Source: a virus. From it: a stretch of DNA of 64,000 nucleotides. Location of the stretch: IMG/VR virus record IMGVR_UViG_3300032246_002986, positions 22,541 to 86,540 of that record. One strand, written 5' to 3'. Made by a program: the position numbers and the translations under genes. The notes under the pieces were generated by a model. The model had not been told where the DNA came from. It saw nothing but the letters and a program-made list of their open reading frames with translations, and did no database searches. The first letter of the stretch is position 1. Each line of letters opens with the position of its first letter. This document shows positions 1 through 9,481 of this stretch, in pieces.

Positions 1-175
1 GCAACCATTCGCTGCAACCACATACAAAGCAGCGTCCCTGATGATCTATGTTTAGGCTATTCCAGGGATATTCACATATGCAATCTAATTTTAAATCTTT
101 ATCGAAATCCATTTTGTGTACGCGATACTTGAATCGCATATCTGGATCAAGATCTTTGAAAGTTATCTTACTCAT
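1..175 (-). CDS. SPASM/twitch-domain (probable radical SAM) protein, truncated by window edge
   Basis: Not in ORF track. ATG at 175 overlaps the end of the 168..1316 gene and reads MSKITFKDLD...CICEYPWNSLNIDHQGRCFVCGCSEWL, the same CxxPW...G...C motif that opens the neighbouring rSAM proteins; open to position 1. Confidence 0.7.
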   Translation of the reverse strand, partial: MSKITFKDLDPDMRFKYRVHKMDFDKDLKLDCICEYPWNSLNIDHQGRCFVCGCSEWL

Positions 176-1316
176 AACTTATCGCCCGTGCCATCTCAGG
201 ATGATGATCACTGTATTTTTGTTTACGTTGGCGATCGCTCTGTTTCAAGACCCTGACTAATTCCCTGGTGCGATCAGGATAGGCCATCTGCATGAATTGT
301 ATCACTCCGGCGATATCTTCTTTATAAGGGCCCTGATACTCTGCAAATTTATCTGAGACTATTTTTTTAGCACTGGCATTAAGAGCTTTTACACTGAAAT
401 GATCTGCGCTGTGTAACACGTTGAAATAGACGAAATCGAAATGCTGTTGTTGTATCCAAGGTGCTATCTGGTCCAGATAATAGACATTCAGTGCGTTCAC
501 AGTGATGCACAGTTGCAGAACGATGTTGCTGCTGCCATCTCTGAGCTGACGAAACTTATCCAAGTTAGTTTGAGTATCTGCCCATTTAGCACCATAACGC
601 TGGTACTCGAATCGCTCATACATATCATCCACGCTCACCGCTATCTCCACTTTCTTGAAGTGCGGCCATAATTCCAGGCCTTTTTCCGGCACTATGGTGG
701 TGTTGGTGTTGTAATGTATCTCTATATTCTTGCTGTGACCATTCTGCACTGCCAATTCCAGTAATTCGAAATGCTCGTCAATCAGGAAAGGTTCGCCACC
801 TGTGAACTCGAAGTATTTGACCTTGTGCAGGTTGTCTCGGAGATCCGACCAGAAATCCCGGCTGTCCCTGGGCCAGTTGCCGCTCTTGAGGTTTGCTCGT
901 GCAGTGGTATTTTTTGGGCTTATGGCTATCTCTTCGGCTGCCCACTTGCTGCTGCTGAAACTGCCACAGATGCGACATTTGAGATTACATATATTGCCCA
1001 ATTTAAGATCTATGAATTGCAGTTGGTTGACACCTGCATCTATACTGACGCTGCGTAGCTTGTTGATGCTGTGCATACGCTTGCTGGTCCTGCCAGCTGC
1101 TTCTTCATCCCAGCAACGCACACAGTTTTCTGGTTTTTCATTCTGTAGGAATTGCTGCCTCATCTGGTTCATATAATCGCTGTGAAAAGCATCAGTGAGG
1201 GTATGGCTACGCAGATCTATGTCAGGTATGGTCTCTGTGCTGAGACAACAAACCTTGCACTTGCCCATGGGATCTGCTTCTATGCTGGTAAACGGTAGTG
1301 GACAAAAAGTGTTCAT
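168..1316 (-). CDS. Radical SAM protein with N-terminal SPASM/twitch-like domain
   Basis: CNLKCRIC (CxxxCxxC), FTGGEPF, YNTN; N-terminal CPLPF...CKVCC...CVRCW. Confidence 0.9.
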   Translation of the reverse strand: MNTFCPLPFTSIEADPMGKCKVCCLSTETIPDIDLRSHTLTDAFHSDYMNQMRQQFLQNEKPENCVRCWDEEAAGRTSKRMHSINKLRSVSIDAGVNQLQFIDLKLGNICNLKCRICGSFSSSKWAAEEIAISPKNTTARANLKSGNWPRDSRDFWSDLRDNLHKVKYFEFTGGEPFLIDEHFELLELAVQNGHSKNIEIHYNTNTTIVPEKGLELWPHFKKVEIAVSVDDMYERFEYQRYGAKWADTQTNLDKFRQLRDGSSNIVLQLCITVNALNVYYLDQIAPWIQQQHFDFVYFNVLHSADHFSVKALNASAKKIVSDKFAEYQGPYKEDIAGVIQFMQMAYPDRTRELVRVLKQSDRQRKQKYSDHHPEMARAISYE

Positions 1317-2593
1317 AGCAGGTCCTTGAATTCAGGTATGACATCCAGGATGTTTTCTCCACGTATCTGATCCAACTGATTGGTTTTTTGCCAAAACTTG
1401 GCCAGCAGATGTGATTTGTCCTCTGCGTTCATGAATTTGATAGCACTCTCGAATCCCACGGTGGCCCGGGTCAGTGTGTCGTGTGGACGCAACCATTCCA
1501 GATGTTCGGTGTATAAATCGGTTATCTGTTGTTTGGATTTCACAGGCAGCACATCCAATCGATACCTGTCAGGATTTTGTAGGATGTTGATATTAAGATC
1601 CTGGTGCTTGATGAAACCTTTGCTGACCCAGTCTTTGTGGAACTCTGGCAGATGCCAGGCGTTCATTATACTGAGCGTGGGACTGATGTAGAAATCCACA
1701 CCAGGACATATCTTGAGCATCTGTTCTCTGTTGGATTCCACATTGGCCCACTTGGTGCCCTTGCGTATGTATTCTGCTGTATCACCCATAGCATCCAGGC
1801 TGGCACCCACGCTGACACTGCGAAACTCTCGCCACAATTCAAGCACATTGGTCTTCTTGTAGACCAGTTCGCTGAAATTGGTGTTGTAGATCAGCCTGAC
1901 ATTGGTCCTGCCTCTGGCTATCAATTCCTTTAACAGGCGATAATGTTCTTCCATTATCAGTGGTTCGCCTCCAGCAAAATACACCTGCTCCAGATTATCG
2001 ATCTGGGGTTCCAACTGATTCCATATGTCATCGGGATCGCGTCCTGCGAAGTTGATGCGTTTGTTTTTGCTTTTCCATTCTTCTCCGGCCAGCTTGACCT
2101 GATCATCATACCAGTTACTACTGAAGATATGTCCACAGCTACGGCAACGCAGGTTACACAGGTTACTGAATCTGATGTCCCAGTAGATCAATCTCATCTG
2201 TTCCACGGTACCGTCGCTCAGCGTGTCATCCGTCAGAGCGATGTGATGTCCGAAATGCTTGTTGGCGCTCAGTCGCATACTGAAGAAACCCGACTGTTCC
2301 TGTTCATAACATCTGGTACAGCCAGCAACAGGTTCGCCATTCAACATCTTCAGTCTGACATCACGCAACGCCGTGTCATTCCATATTTCTTTTATGGTTT
2401 TATCACGGGTATTGCCTATGACATCGGCATCGTTGGTGTTACAACAGGGATATGCTTCTCCAGTGGGAAAAGCGTGGATGTGTATCCAGGGGTACATACA
2501 AAAACTGTCGTTGTTGTATATGAGATCCTTGTGTTTTTCAGAGAAATTCTTGACAGGTACGAGTGGGTCTTTGCTGTTATAGTTGTACTTCAT
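1313..2593 (-). CDS. Radical SAM protein with N-terminal SPASM/twitch-like domain
   Basis: CNLRCRSC, FAGGEPL, YNTN; N-terminal CMYPW...PCC...CTRCY. Confidence 0.9.
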   Translation of the reverse strand: MKYNYNSKDPLVPVKNFSEKHKDLIYNNDSFCMYPWIHIHAFPTGEAYPCCNTNDADVIGNTRDKTIKEIWNDTALRDVRLKMLNGEPVAGCTRCYEQEQSGFFSMRLSANKHFGHHIALTDDTLSDGTVEQMRLIYWDIRFSNLCNLRCRSCGHIFSSNWYDDQVKLAGEEWKSKNKRINFAGRDPDDIWNQLEPQIDNLEQVYFAGGEPLIMEEHYRLLKELIARGRTNVRLIYNTNFSELVYKKTNVLELWREFRSVSVGASLDAMGDTAEYIRKGTKWANVESNREQMLKICPGVDFYISPTLSIMNAWHLPEFHKDWVSKGFIKHQDLNINILQNPDRYRLDVLPVKSKQQITDLYTEHLEWLRPHDTLTRATVGFESAIKFMNAEDKSHLLAKFWQKTNQLDQIRGENILDVIPEFKDLL

Positions 2594-3932
2594 GATACCA
2601 TTCTGTTAATAGTGGAAAGGCTGACATAAAATCCTTGCCACGCCTGCGATCATACTGTATGATGAATGCACGTAGATCTAGGTCTAATGTCATACCATCA
2701 CTGGAATTGTTATGGGGTGTGGTAGCTGTATTTAAGTATTCGATCAGGCGCTTTACGTGTTCTCGCTCCATCTCGTGCAATAGATCGCTATCAGCATAAG
2801 TGTCCAAGAACAGTCGCAACCTATCACAGCACTGTTGTTTGATAGTATCAGGCATTACCACGGGAGATTGGAAGCTGGGAAATCTCAGGATGTTTAATGT
2901 GAATGTGGGTTTGCTTTTGCCATACTGCCTTTTGAAATCCATACACTGTTCCAGGAAATCTGGCAGTGTGGGTAAACATAATCCGTTGATCGTACACATC
3001 ATATGGAAGGCTTTTACGTTGCCGTGTGTGAGTAATTTGTGTATATTGTCGATATAATCAGTGTACACCAGCCCATCGCGTATCCATTCGGCCGCTGAAC
3101 CTGTGGCCTCGCAGCTGGTGTATATCTCCATATTGTCTATGTCGTGGGTGGCCTGTATCAACCTATCGATCAGATCGGGTTTAGCACCCAGGTTGCTGTT
3201 GACAGCCAGCCTGACATCGCTCTTGTTTTGCCGGAACCAATCGAACAATCTCCAGATATGCGGACTCATCAAGGGCTCGCCACCTGTGATACGCAACTCA
3301 CGTAGCGAGTTGTGTAGATCCGTGTCCCACCAACGGAAAAATGCTTCCACATATGGATTGGTTTCATCCAAAGCATACAACTGGCTGGCACTGTGCTCGT
3401 GAGTATAATGATTGCGACCGTCGCTGGTCAGATTGGTATAAGCACCATTCTGTTTGATATCTTTGACCCAGGTTGTGCTGAAAGCTGGATTACAATAACT
3501 GCAAGCGAAATTACAGGTCCTGTCGAAAGCTATCTCGAGTGTACGCAGATTGAAGTCGCTGTGAGGATCGGCGAAAGCATCCGATAGTTCTTTTTCACTA
3601 TAGATCATACTTTTATAAGGACGATCACTGATGGCATTAGGACTATTGTCTTCGATGCGCCAGCAGTATTCACATCCTGCAGGACGCTGCCCTTGTGCCA
3701 TCATCAATCGTTCTGTTTTCTTTTGGACGGTATTGTGCAAGGCACGTGGATTGATGGCGACTTGCTCTGCACTTACTTTATGCGGCAGAGGGTGATGGCA
3801 GCTGGTGGTCTGTCCGGATCCCAACCACACTGTAGCATTATACCATTTGGCACCACAGAAGCTGGCGCTTTTTGTATCTAATACTCTTTGTTTGTATTGT
3901 TGGAAAGATTCGTTGGATTTTTTGCTACGCAT
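2577..3932 (-). CDS. Radical SAM protein with N-terminal Cys/His auxiliary domain
   Basis: CNFACSYC, ITGGEPL; N-terminal CGAKW...SCHHP...GCEYCW. Confidence 0.9.
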   Translation of the reverse strand: MRSKKSNESFQQYKQRVLDTKSASFCGAKWYNATVWLGSGQTTSCHHPLPHKVSAEQVAINPRALHNTVQKKTERLMMAQGQRPAGCEYCWRIEDNSPNAISDRPYKSMIYSEKELSDAFADPHSDFNLRTLEIAFDRTCNFACSYCNPAFSTTWVKDIKQNGAYTNLTSDGRNHYTHEHSASQLYALDETNPYVEAFFRWWDTDLHNSLRELRITGGEPLMSPHIWRLFDWFRQNKSDVRLAVNSNLGAKPDLIDRLIQATHDIDNMEIYTSCEATGSAAEWIRDGLVYTDYIDNIHKLLTHGNVKAFHMMCTINGLCLPTLPDFLEQCMDFKRQYGKSKPTFTLNILRFPSFQSPVVMPDTIKQQCCDRLRLFLDTYADSDLLHEMEREHVKRLIEYLNTATTPHNNSSDGMTLDLDLRAFIIQYDRRRGKDFMSAFPLLTEWYHEVQL

Positions 3933-5352
3933 TGTCTGCCCTGTACTTACACTCGTCCCACCACTCTGTCATTTCTGGGAATGTATTTAAAAAGTTTGTA
4001 CCACGTCTATTATCGTGTTCTGTAAAAAATCGGTAAAAGTCTGCTTTGACCACAGGATCGTCCCGGCGATTGGCTCGCATCCAATCCACAACACGTTGTA
4101 GCCGCTGTATCTCATAATCTTTGAACCCTTGGAAACGCCGGGTTTCCGTTTCAGGAGTCTGTCTCATCCAGTCTGTGATCTGTTGCAGCTTCCAAGCATA
4201 GGCTTCGGGCATGATGTCCAGGCACTGCCAAGTTGGGCTGCGTAGTATAGGGGTATCGAACCACACACGTTGATAATCAGTGCTGAATTCCTGTCTGAGT
4301 TTCAGGATGGTATCCAATAAATTTTGTAAACCACCTATGCTGAGATTGTTCATTGTTATGATGAATGTTATGCTGCTGCGTTTGTCCACATCAGATAAGA
4401 ACTGGCCCACGTTGGTTATCATATGGTCATAATCCAGTCCGTGCCTGATATAATCTGCCTGCTCGTATGCGCTGTCCACACTGACAAACTGCATGAAGTG
4501 TTCCACAGCACCAGTGTCACATATCTTCTGCACCGTATTGATATACTTGAGCATCAGATGATCTTCTACACTGAAGTTGCTGGTGACATTCAGATGCAGA
4601 TCAGGTTTGGGATTTGCTATCACATAGTCCAACACACGAAAGGTGTTTTTGTCCATAAGCGGTTCACCACCGGTCATACGGAAATGTTTCAGTTTAGGAT
4701 ACAGATCCGGCCACCAACGCCAGAACGCTTCTACATAAGGATTATGGTCACGAACAGGAATAGGCTTACGATCACTAGCAAAATATTGTGGATCGTTATG
4801 TCTGTTGGACGTGGGGTACGCTCCATACTCTTTGATCTCCTTGGCCCAAGTGCTGCTGAACTGGGGGCTGCAATAACTGCAACGAAGATTGCAAGCACTG
4901 TTGAAATTCACTTCCACGTAACTGGGGATCACATCCCAGGTCAGTGGGTCTTTTGTGGTTATGTCTGCATAGGCTTCTGCTGCCCAGGGTTCACCACTGC
5001 GGTAATGCCTGTCGCTCAGGTTACCCGTGGCTTCCACTTTCCAGCAATAACTGCAACCCTGCGGTTTCTGGCCTTGGAGCATCTGTACTCGTTCGGATTT
5101 TTTATGACTGGTGTTATGTAGCGCACTGGGGTTATCTTGTAAATCATCTGCATTGATCCTGTGTAATGGTGGATGATAACAACTGTTGGTGTGTCCAGTT
5201 GTCAGGTGTAGGCTGGTCTGTTGCCATTTGGCCAAGCACAAGGCTGGTCCGAGCTGGGCTTGCATCTGCTCAGCACTGCTCATGAACTCGCTGTTGAGTG
5301 TGCCGTCGGTATTTACTGTCACTTTATCACCGGAATTTTCTAGCTGCGTCAC
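3925..5352 (-). CDS. Radical SAM protein with N-terminal Cys/His auxiliary domain
   Basis: CNLRCSYC, MTGGEPL; N-terminal CLAKW...SCYHP...GCSYCW; close paralogue of 2577..3932. Confidence 0.9.
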   Translation of the reverse strand: MTQLENSGDKVTVNTDGTLNSEFMSSAEQMQAQLGPALCLAKWQQTSLHLTTGHTNSCYHPPLHRINADDLQDNPSALHNTSHKKSERVQMLQGQKPQGCSYCWKVEATGNLSDRHYRSGEPWAAEAYADITTKDPLTWDVIPSYVEVNFNSACNLRCSYCSPQFSSTWAKEIKEYGAYPTSNRHNDPQYFASDRKPIPVRDHNPYVEAFWRWWPDLYPKLKHFRMTGGEPLMDKNTFRVLDYVIANPKPDLHLNVTSNFSVEDHLMLKYINTVQKICDTGAVEHFMQFVSVDSAYEQADYIRHGLDYDHMITNVGQFLSDVDKRSSITFIITMNNLSIGGLQNLLDTILKLRQEFSTDYQRVWFDTPILRSPTWQCLDIMPEAYAWKLQQITDWMRQTPETETRRFQGFKDYEIQRLQRVVDWMRANRRDDPVVKADFYRFFTEHDNRRGTNFLNTFPEMTEWWDECKYRADNA

Positions 5353-6259
5353 GCAGGAAACTCCTATACAAGTGTTCTGGCATCATTATATCTATATTCT
5401 CATAGGGTTGTTGGTTGCGTTTGAACCAGGCGCTTTGTTCTGGTGTGAGTTCCACGATATCCAATGCTAATCTTTTGGTCAATACCTCTGTGTGGAAATC
5501 TTGATTCTCTTGTGTCCAGCAATCATCGTACAGTTGATCCAGTTTATGGAAATCACGCACCTCAGTATAGTCCCAGTCTGGCTCGAACATGACTTTATAG
5601 GCACCGTGGCGAGCTCCTGCGATAGCCCAGTTGCCGTTCTCCACATCTGCGCCCACGCTACACCATATGGCCAGATTATCACGATTACCCACCCAGGTTT
5701 CAGATTCGAAATCTTCTGGATCTATGCGCCTGCCACGAGCCAGACACAGCTTGACGCCTTCGCGGAATCCAGCTCGCCAGGCCTGGTGTGATGTGGCATT
5801 GGGATATGTGGTGCTCCACACATCGTGCATCGCCCAGTAATCGTCTGCAAAACAAAACTCCACTAGGGTCTCATCGGTACCGTCCGTGGCTTCGTGTGTT
5901 TTCATATTCTGCACGAATGTCTTGGTCCAGCTACTGATGCCACCATTGCCATAACACAGGCCGTTCACGATGTTGCGAGCCCGCCAGCGGAATACTTTGC
6001 TATCGTTGGTATGATCTATGCGTAGCGTCTGATTGAAAAATTCCGGATCGGGACGATTGTCGCCGTCTATCAAGATGAAGCGTTCTGTACTGCTAGCTGC
6101 GGCTGCTGCCTTGTGTGCAGCATCTGAACCTTCCACACCGTGTACACGTTTGGCCCAGGGTGCGATGCTCTTTAGATATATGAAATTTTCATCAGCATCA
6201 GGTTCATCATAGCTGAGGAATACACAATCCAGATCCGAAACGTCAACTAACTCGACCAT
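5327..6259 (-). CDS. Glycosyltransferase-like protein (GT-A fold)
   Basis: CVFLSYDE N-terminal strand, DAAHKAAA helix, FILIDGDN (DxD). Start moved from 6340 to ATG 6259 (MVELVD), which follows AAGGATGGGG and avoids a long overlap. Confidence 0.65.
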   Translation of the reverse strand: MVELVDVSDLDCVFLSYDEPDADENFIYLKSIAPWAKRVHGVEGSDAAHKAAAAASSTERFILIDGDNRPDPEFFNQTLRIDHTNDSKVFRWRARNIVNGLCYGNGGISSWTKTFVQNMKTHEATDGTDETLVEFCFADDYWAMHDVWSTTYPNATSHQAWRAGFREGVKLCLARGRRIDPEDFESETWVGNRDNLAIWCSVGADVENGNWAIAGARHGAYKVMFEPDWDYTEVRDFHKLDQLYDDCWTQENQDFHTEVLTKRLALDIVELTPEQSAWFKRNQQPYENIDIMMPEHLYRSFLRDAARKFR

Positions 6260-6599
6260 AACCCCATCCTTGAGCGCCTGGATAATCAGCTGACACTGCA
6301 AACTGATTATCGTTATGTAAAGTATAGTACACATTGCCACCTGTTTGCAATCTAATAGTTGCTGTCGGTCGCATATCCACCGGTTTTCCGTCTATGACTT
6401 TGTAATCAGCAGCTCTGTTGAATATGAAACTATTGTCGACCACGACAAAAACTCCTGGCAGGTCCTCATAGGTTACCACTGTGCCAATTAGAGTGTGGGG
6501 ATCATAGTATAATTTATAAACCAATTTAACACTTGGTTTGGTCTGTTGTTCAACCAATCGGAAAACTTCAGCCCAGTACTCTTCGAAATTCATACTCAT
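6243..6599 (-). CDS. Hypothetical protein in GT/rSAM operon
   Basis: 118-aa ORF overlapping both neighbours on the operon strand. Confidence 0.65.
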   Translation of the reverse strand: MSMNFEEYWAEVFRLVEQQTKPSVKLVYKLYYDPHTLIGTVVTYEDLPGVFVVVDNSFIFNRAADYKVIDGKPVDMRPTATIRLQTGGNVYYTLHNDNQFAVSADYPGAQGWGYGRVS

Positions 6600-7395
6600 A
6601 TCTATCTATCAATTCATCAGTAGCGAATGTTTTCTGTTGGTAATGCAGGGGCCTGTGCTGTTTATAACCGCCGATAACAGGGCTGTGATCATCTTGTATC
6701 TGCCAATCCAGCTGTTCTGTCCACATCTGTTTGCCAGGTAGATTTTGCACCTCTGGTTTCATATGCACAAAACCAAATTTGGTATCTGCTGTGTGAATCT
6801 GTAAGATATTGTAAGCCAAGGCATATACTTCGTCCGTCCTGGCCGTATCATATCTACAGTTGATCAGGTAATGATCCCTGTACCAATTCCAGTCCAATAC
6901 GATCTGGTTACAAGTATCGTAAAATTGTTTTGCTGTGAGATCATATTCGAAATAAGTCCAAGCACTATAGATATCTGGCAACATATTATCATCGAAAAGT
7001 TTACGTTGGCTGCGATCTGTCGCAATACGATGATCATATGTGTAAACTGTATGAGTAAAATTTAAAGCATTTTGTCCATATATGTTCCACATATGGCTGT
7101 AGTCGCTGGTAAAAAGCATATCTGCTTCTGTCTTGATAGTGCGTTTATATGGACTCAGATTGAAAACATTCGTTTCGTGCATTATGGGATGCAACACGTG
7201 GCTCACGACGATTATTTTATCGAACGTGTTATTCTGTTTTTCTGTTATGCATTCACTTGTTTCGGTATCCACTATGACACTGAAGTTTGCATTTTTTTTC
7301 TGCGTGAGTTTACAACTCAGCGCCTGCAAGTAAGCCATCCGCAGATAATCATTGCTGTCTGTATTGGTCGCCACACACAAAAACCCTGCACTCAT
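6568..7395 (-). CDS. Glycosyltransferase-like protein (GT8-like, nucleotide-diphospho-sugar transferase fold)
   Basis: GFLCVA...DYLRMA, SPYKRTIKTEADMLF (ExD variant of DxD), RTDEVYA, FVHMK. Confidence 0.6.
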   Translation of the reverse strand: MSAGFLCVATNTDSNDYLRMAYLQALSCKLTQKKNANFSVIVDTETSECITEKQNNTFDKIIVVSHVLHPIMHETNVFNLSPYKRTIKTEADMLFTSDYSHMWNIYGQNALNFTHTVYTYDHRIATDRSQRKLFDDNMLPDIYSAWTYFEYDLTAKQFYDTCNQIVLDWNWYRDHYLINCRYDTARTDEVYALAYNILQIHTADTKFGFVHMKPEVQNLPGKQMWTEQLDWQIQDDHSPVIGGYKQHRPLHYQQKTFATDELIDRYEYEFRRVLG

Positions 7396-8147
7396 TTGCT
7401 GCCCTTGTTCATCAGATGCAGATCGGTATCTTTGAATCTGTTGCGATATAATTTGTCGCCTATACTATACTCATAGGTCAAACTATTGTTTTTGAATTTA
7501 TCATAATTTACCCTGCTGTCCATATTGATCAGCGGATAATTGGCAAATCCATAATCTGCCATACCATAACCTCCAGCTATATGGCAGGCAATGGAAAATA
7601 TGTAATCGTTTCTCACAGGCGTGGGATAAAATTTATACAGAGCGGAGTAATAGTCGTAATGTTGCTGTACCATTTTAGCACATTCGAATACATTATGAGC
7701 AATGTTGCCTTTATTGAATAACATCACAGTGGCCCAACACAGGGGTATGGCTGTTTTAGCCAGTTGCTCTTTACGTATTGTTCCACTGATAGGGTCATAT
7801 AATTCGGTAGTAATGACAAAGTCAGTGTTGCCGTTTATATGATTAACCAGTGTATCACTACAGATGAAATAATCGCTGTCTATGACAAGTGTGCGATCAT
7901 ATGGTGTAAGATCGTAAGCCTGTGTTCTGGCTAGATTGAACCATTGTTTTTTTAATCTGCGATTATGATCTGGAGCATCTATCACTATGTTATCGTGTTC
8001 CGATAACACTTCGCGATCGCTTATGATAGTCACCGGTAAATCCAGATATCTGTTGACCCGTTCGCCAGCTAATACAGCGTCAGATATGTAATCTATATCA
8101 TCTGTATTAAAAGCAAATATGCAGCAACCTTTAGAGTTGTTGGGCAT
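7392..8147 (-). CDS. Glycosyltransferase-like protein (GT8-like)
   Basis: GCCIFAF...DY, TPYDRTLVIDSDY (DxD), RNDYIFS, LHLMNK; paralogous to 6568..7395. Confidence 0.65.
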   Translation of the reverse strand: MPNNSKGCCIFAFNTDDIDYISDAVLAGERVNRYLDLPVTIISDREVLSEHDNIVIDAPDHNRRLKKQWFNLARTQAYDLTPYDRTLVIDSDYFICSDTLVNHINGNTDFVITTELYDPISGTIRKEQLAKTAIPLCWATVMLFNKGNIAHNVFECAKMVQQHYDYYSALYKFYPTPVRNDYIFSIACHIAGGYGMADYGFANYPLINMDSRVNYDKFKNNSLTYEYSIGDKLYRNRFKDTDLHLMNKGSK

Positions 8148-8463
8148 TTCTTACCTGTGTTTGTTCTTGGTATTGCTGTTGCCATTCGTTCATTACTTCT
8201 ACATAACGTCGTTTAGCCAGCGTCAGTAGTTCCATCCTGTTAACCATAACTGGAGTGTCATACATATCCAAGATTATCATTTCATCGTTCCAACCATCAT
8301 CTGGCAGGAGATTCAGCAACACAAACAATTCCGTATTGACTGGAAACACACCATCGCGATGTGTCACCGTTAATCTGCTGGTCATCAGAGTCTTGAGATT
8401 TTGTTTTGCCAGCAGACGGTCGTAGGTTGCACGGGCTTGATCACGTAATTGTTCTTGATTCAT
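8131..8463 (-). CDS. Hypothetical protein, first gene of GT/rSAM operon
   Basis: 110-aa ORF whose ATG lies 6 nt after a perfect -10 box. Confidence 0.7.
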   Translation of the reverse strand: MNQEQLRDQARATYDRLLAKQNLKTLMTSRLTVTHRDGVFPVNTELFVLLNLLPDDGWNDEMIILDMYDTPVMVNRMELLTLAKRRYVEVMNEWQQQYQEQTQVRNAQQL

Positions 8464-8469
8464 CTTGTA

Positions 8470-8498
8470 ATTATAACAGATAGGTTTAATTTTGTCAA
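8470..8498 (-). promoter_or_regulatory. Sigma70-type promoter, exact consensus; predicted leaderless transcript
   Basis: Minus strand TTGACA (8498-8493), 17 nt, TATAAT (8475-8470) with extended TGn, then TACAAG-ATG (8463). Confidence 0.85.
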
Positions 8499-9455
8499 TT
8501 AAGCTACAGTCACGTTGCCCACATTAGTAAATGCGCCCCAAGTATTGGCCAAATATGTGGTGATAGGGGGATACACTGTGCCTACGGTTGCTGTGGTACC
8601 TACTACTGTGTCTCCAAAGTCAGATGCAGTTTTACCTGTACCTGTGGTATCTGCAGCCGCATCCACAAAGCTGACTTTGATCAAAATCCTGTTGCCAGTG
8701 TCGCCATTGCCATTGATGTTAGTGCCACCAGTTGTGCTTGCTTCTATTTGTATATAGTTAGATGTGTAATCTGCTGCGCTGGGACTATCAAACACTTTAA
8801 ACCAAATGGTGGGTGTACTTGTCAACTGATAATAACCACTGGTTGTCAAGTTAGTGCCTGGTGTGAACCCAGTGCCAGTGTATCCGCTAGTACTAGCTCT
8901 GATATACCAGGTGCCTAAACCAGTATTTAAAAAACTGTTCCAATAAGTACTTTTGTTATTACCAGATAAACTAGTTCCACTGGCGTTAATTTGAATTTGA
9001 CCGCCAGCATTAAAGAAATATCTAGCAGCATCACCTGATGGAAATGTTACCAGATAATAAAAAATAGCGTTGGTGGTCCAGGTGGTGCTACTGGATGTCG
9101 TACCTGTATTGAGAGTACCAGTACCAAAATTCGCATAATTTGTCAATTTGTTAGATTGTAAAGTAGTGATACTGCTACTCAGTGAGCTGAGATAAGTCAC
9201 GATACCGCTAGCAGTCGGCCCAGTCAAACCAGTAGTGGTTCCACTGCTTTGATGTTGACTCATTGAGTTCATTCTGCTTATCATAGTTGCCCAGTCACTT
9301 GCGGCAACCACAGTGCTAGTACCTAGGTTAGTGCTTAGATTACCAGTTTGTCCATATCCACTGGAACCACTTCCTGCACTCCATAAAGTGTTTACACTGG
9401 TTGCAAAACCATTGTAATCCGCACCCTGAATCAAACCACCTGATGAATATGCCAT
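8499..9455 (-). CDS. Putative virion structural (tail/fibre-associated) protein
   Basis: G/S/T/N-rich, DAARYFFNAGGQI motif, end of late tail block, late box upstream. Confidence 0.6.
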   Translation of the reverse strand: MAYSSGGLIQGADYNGFATSVNTLWSAGSGSSGYGQTGNLSTNLGTSTVVAASDWATMISRMNSMSQHQSSGTTTGLTGPTASGIVTYLSSLSSSITTLQSNKLTNYANFGTGTLNTGTTSSSTTWTTNAIFYYLVTFPSGDAARYFFNAGGQIQINASGTSLSGNNKSTYWNSFLNTGLGTWYIRASTSGYTGTGFTPGTNLTTSGYYQLTSTPTIWFKVFDSPSAADYTSNYIQIEASTTGGTNINGNGDTGNRILIKVSFVDAAADTTGTGKTASDFGDTVVGTTATVGTVYPPITTYLANTWGAFTNVGNVTVA

Positions 9456-9474
9456 AACTTCCTATCCTTGTACC

Positions 9475-9481
9475 TATTTAT
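9475..9481 (-). promoter_or_regulatory. T4-like late promoter box (ATAAATA)
   Basis: ATAAATA about 20 nt upstream of ATG 9455; recurrent motif in window. Confidence 0.6.

Noticed and set aside
6260-6340. N-terminal extension of the GT-like ORF in the track
   Set aside because: It would overlap the upstream gene by about 98 nt; ATG 6259 has an SD-like sequence and typical short overlap.
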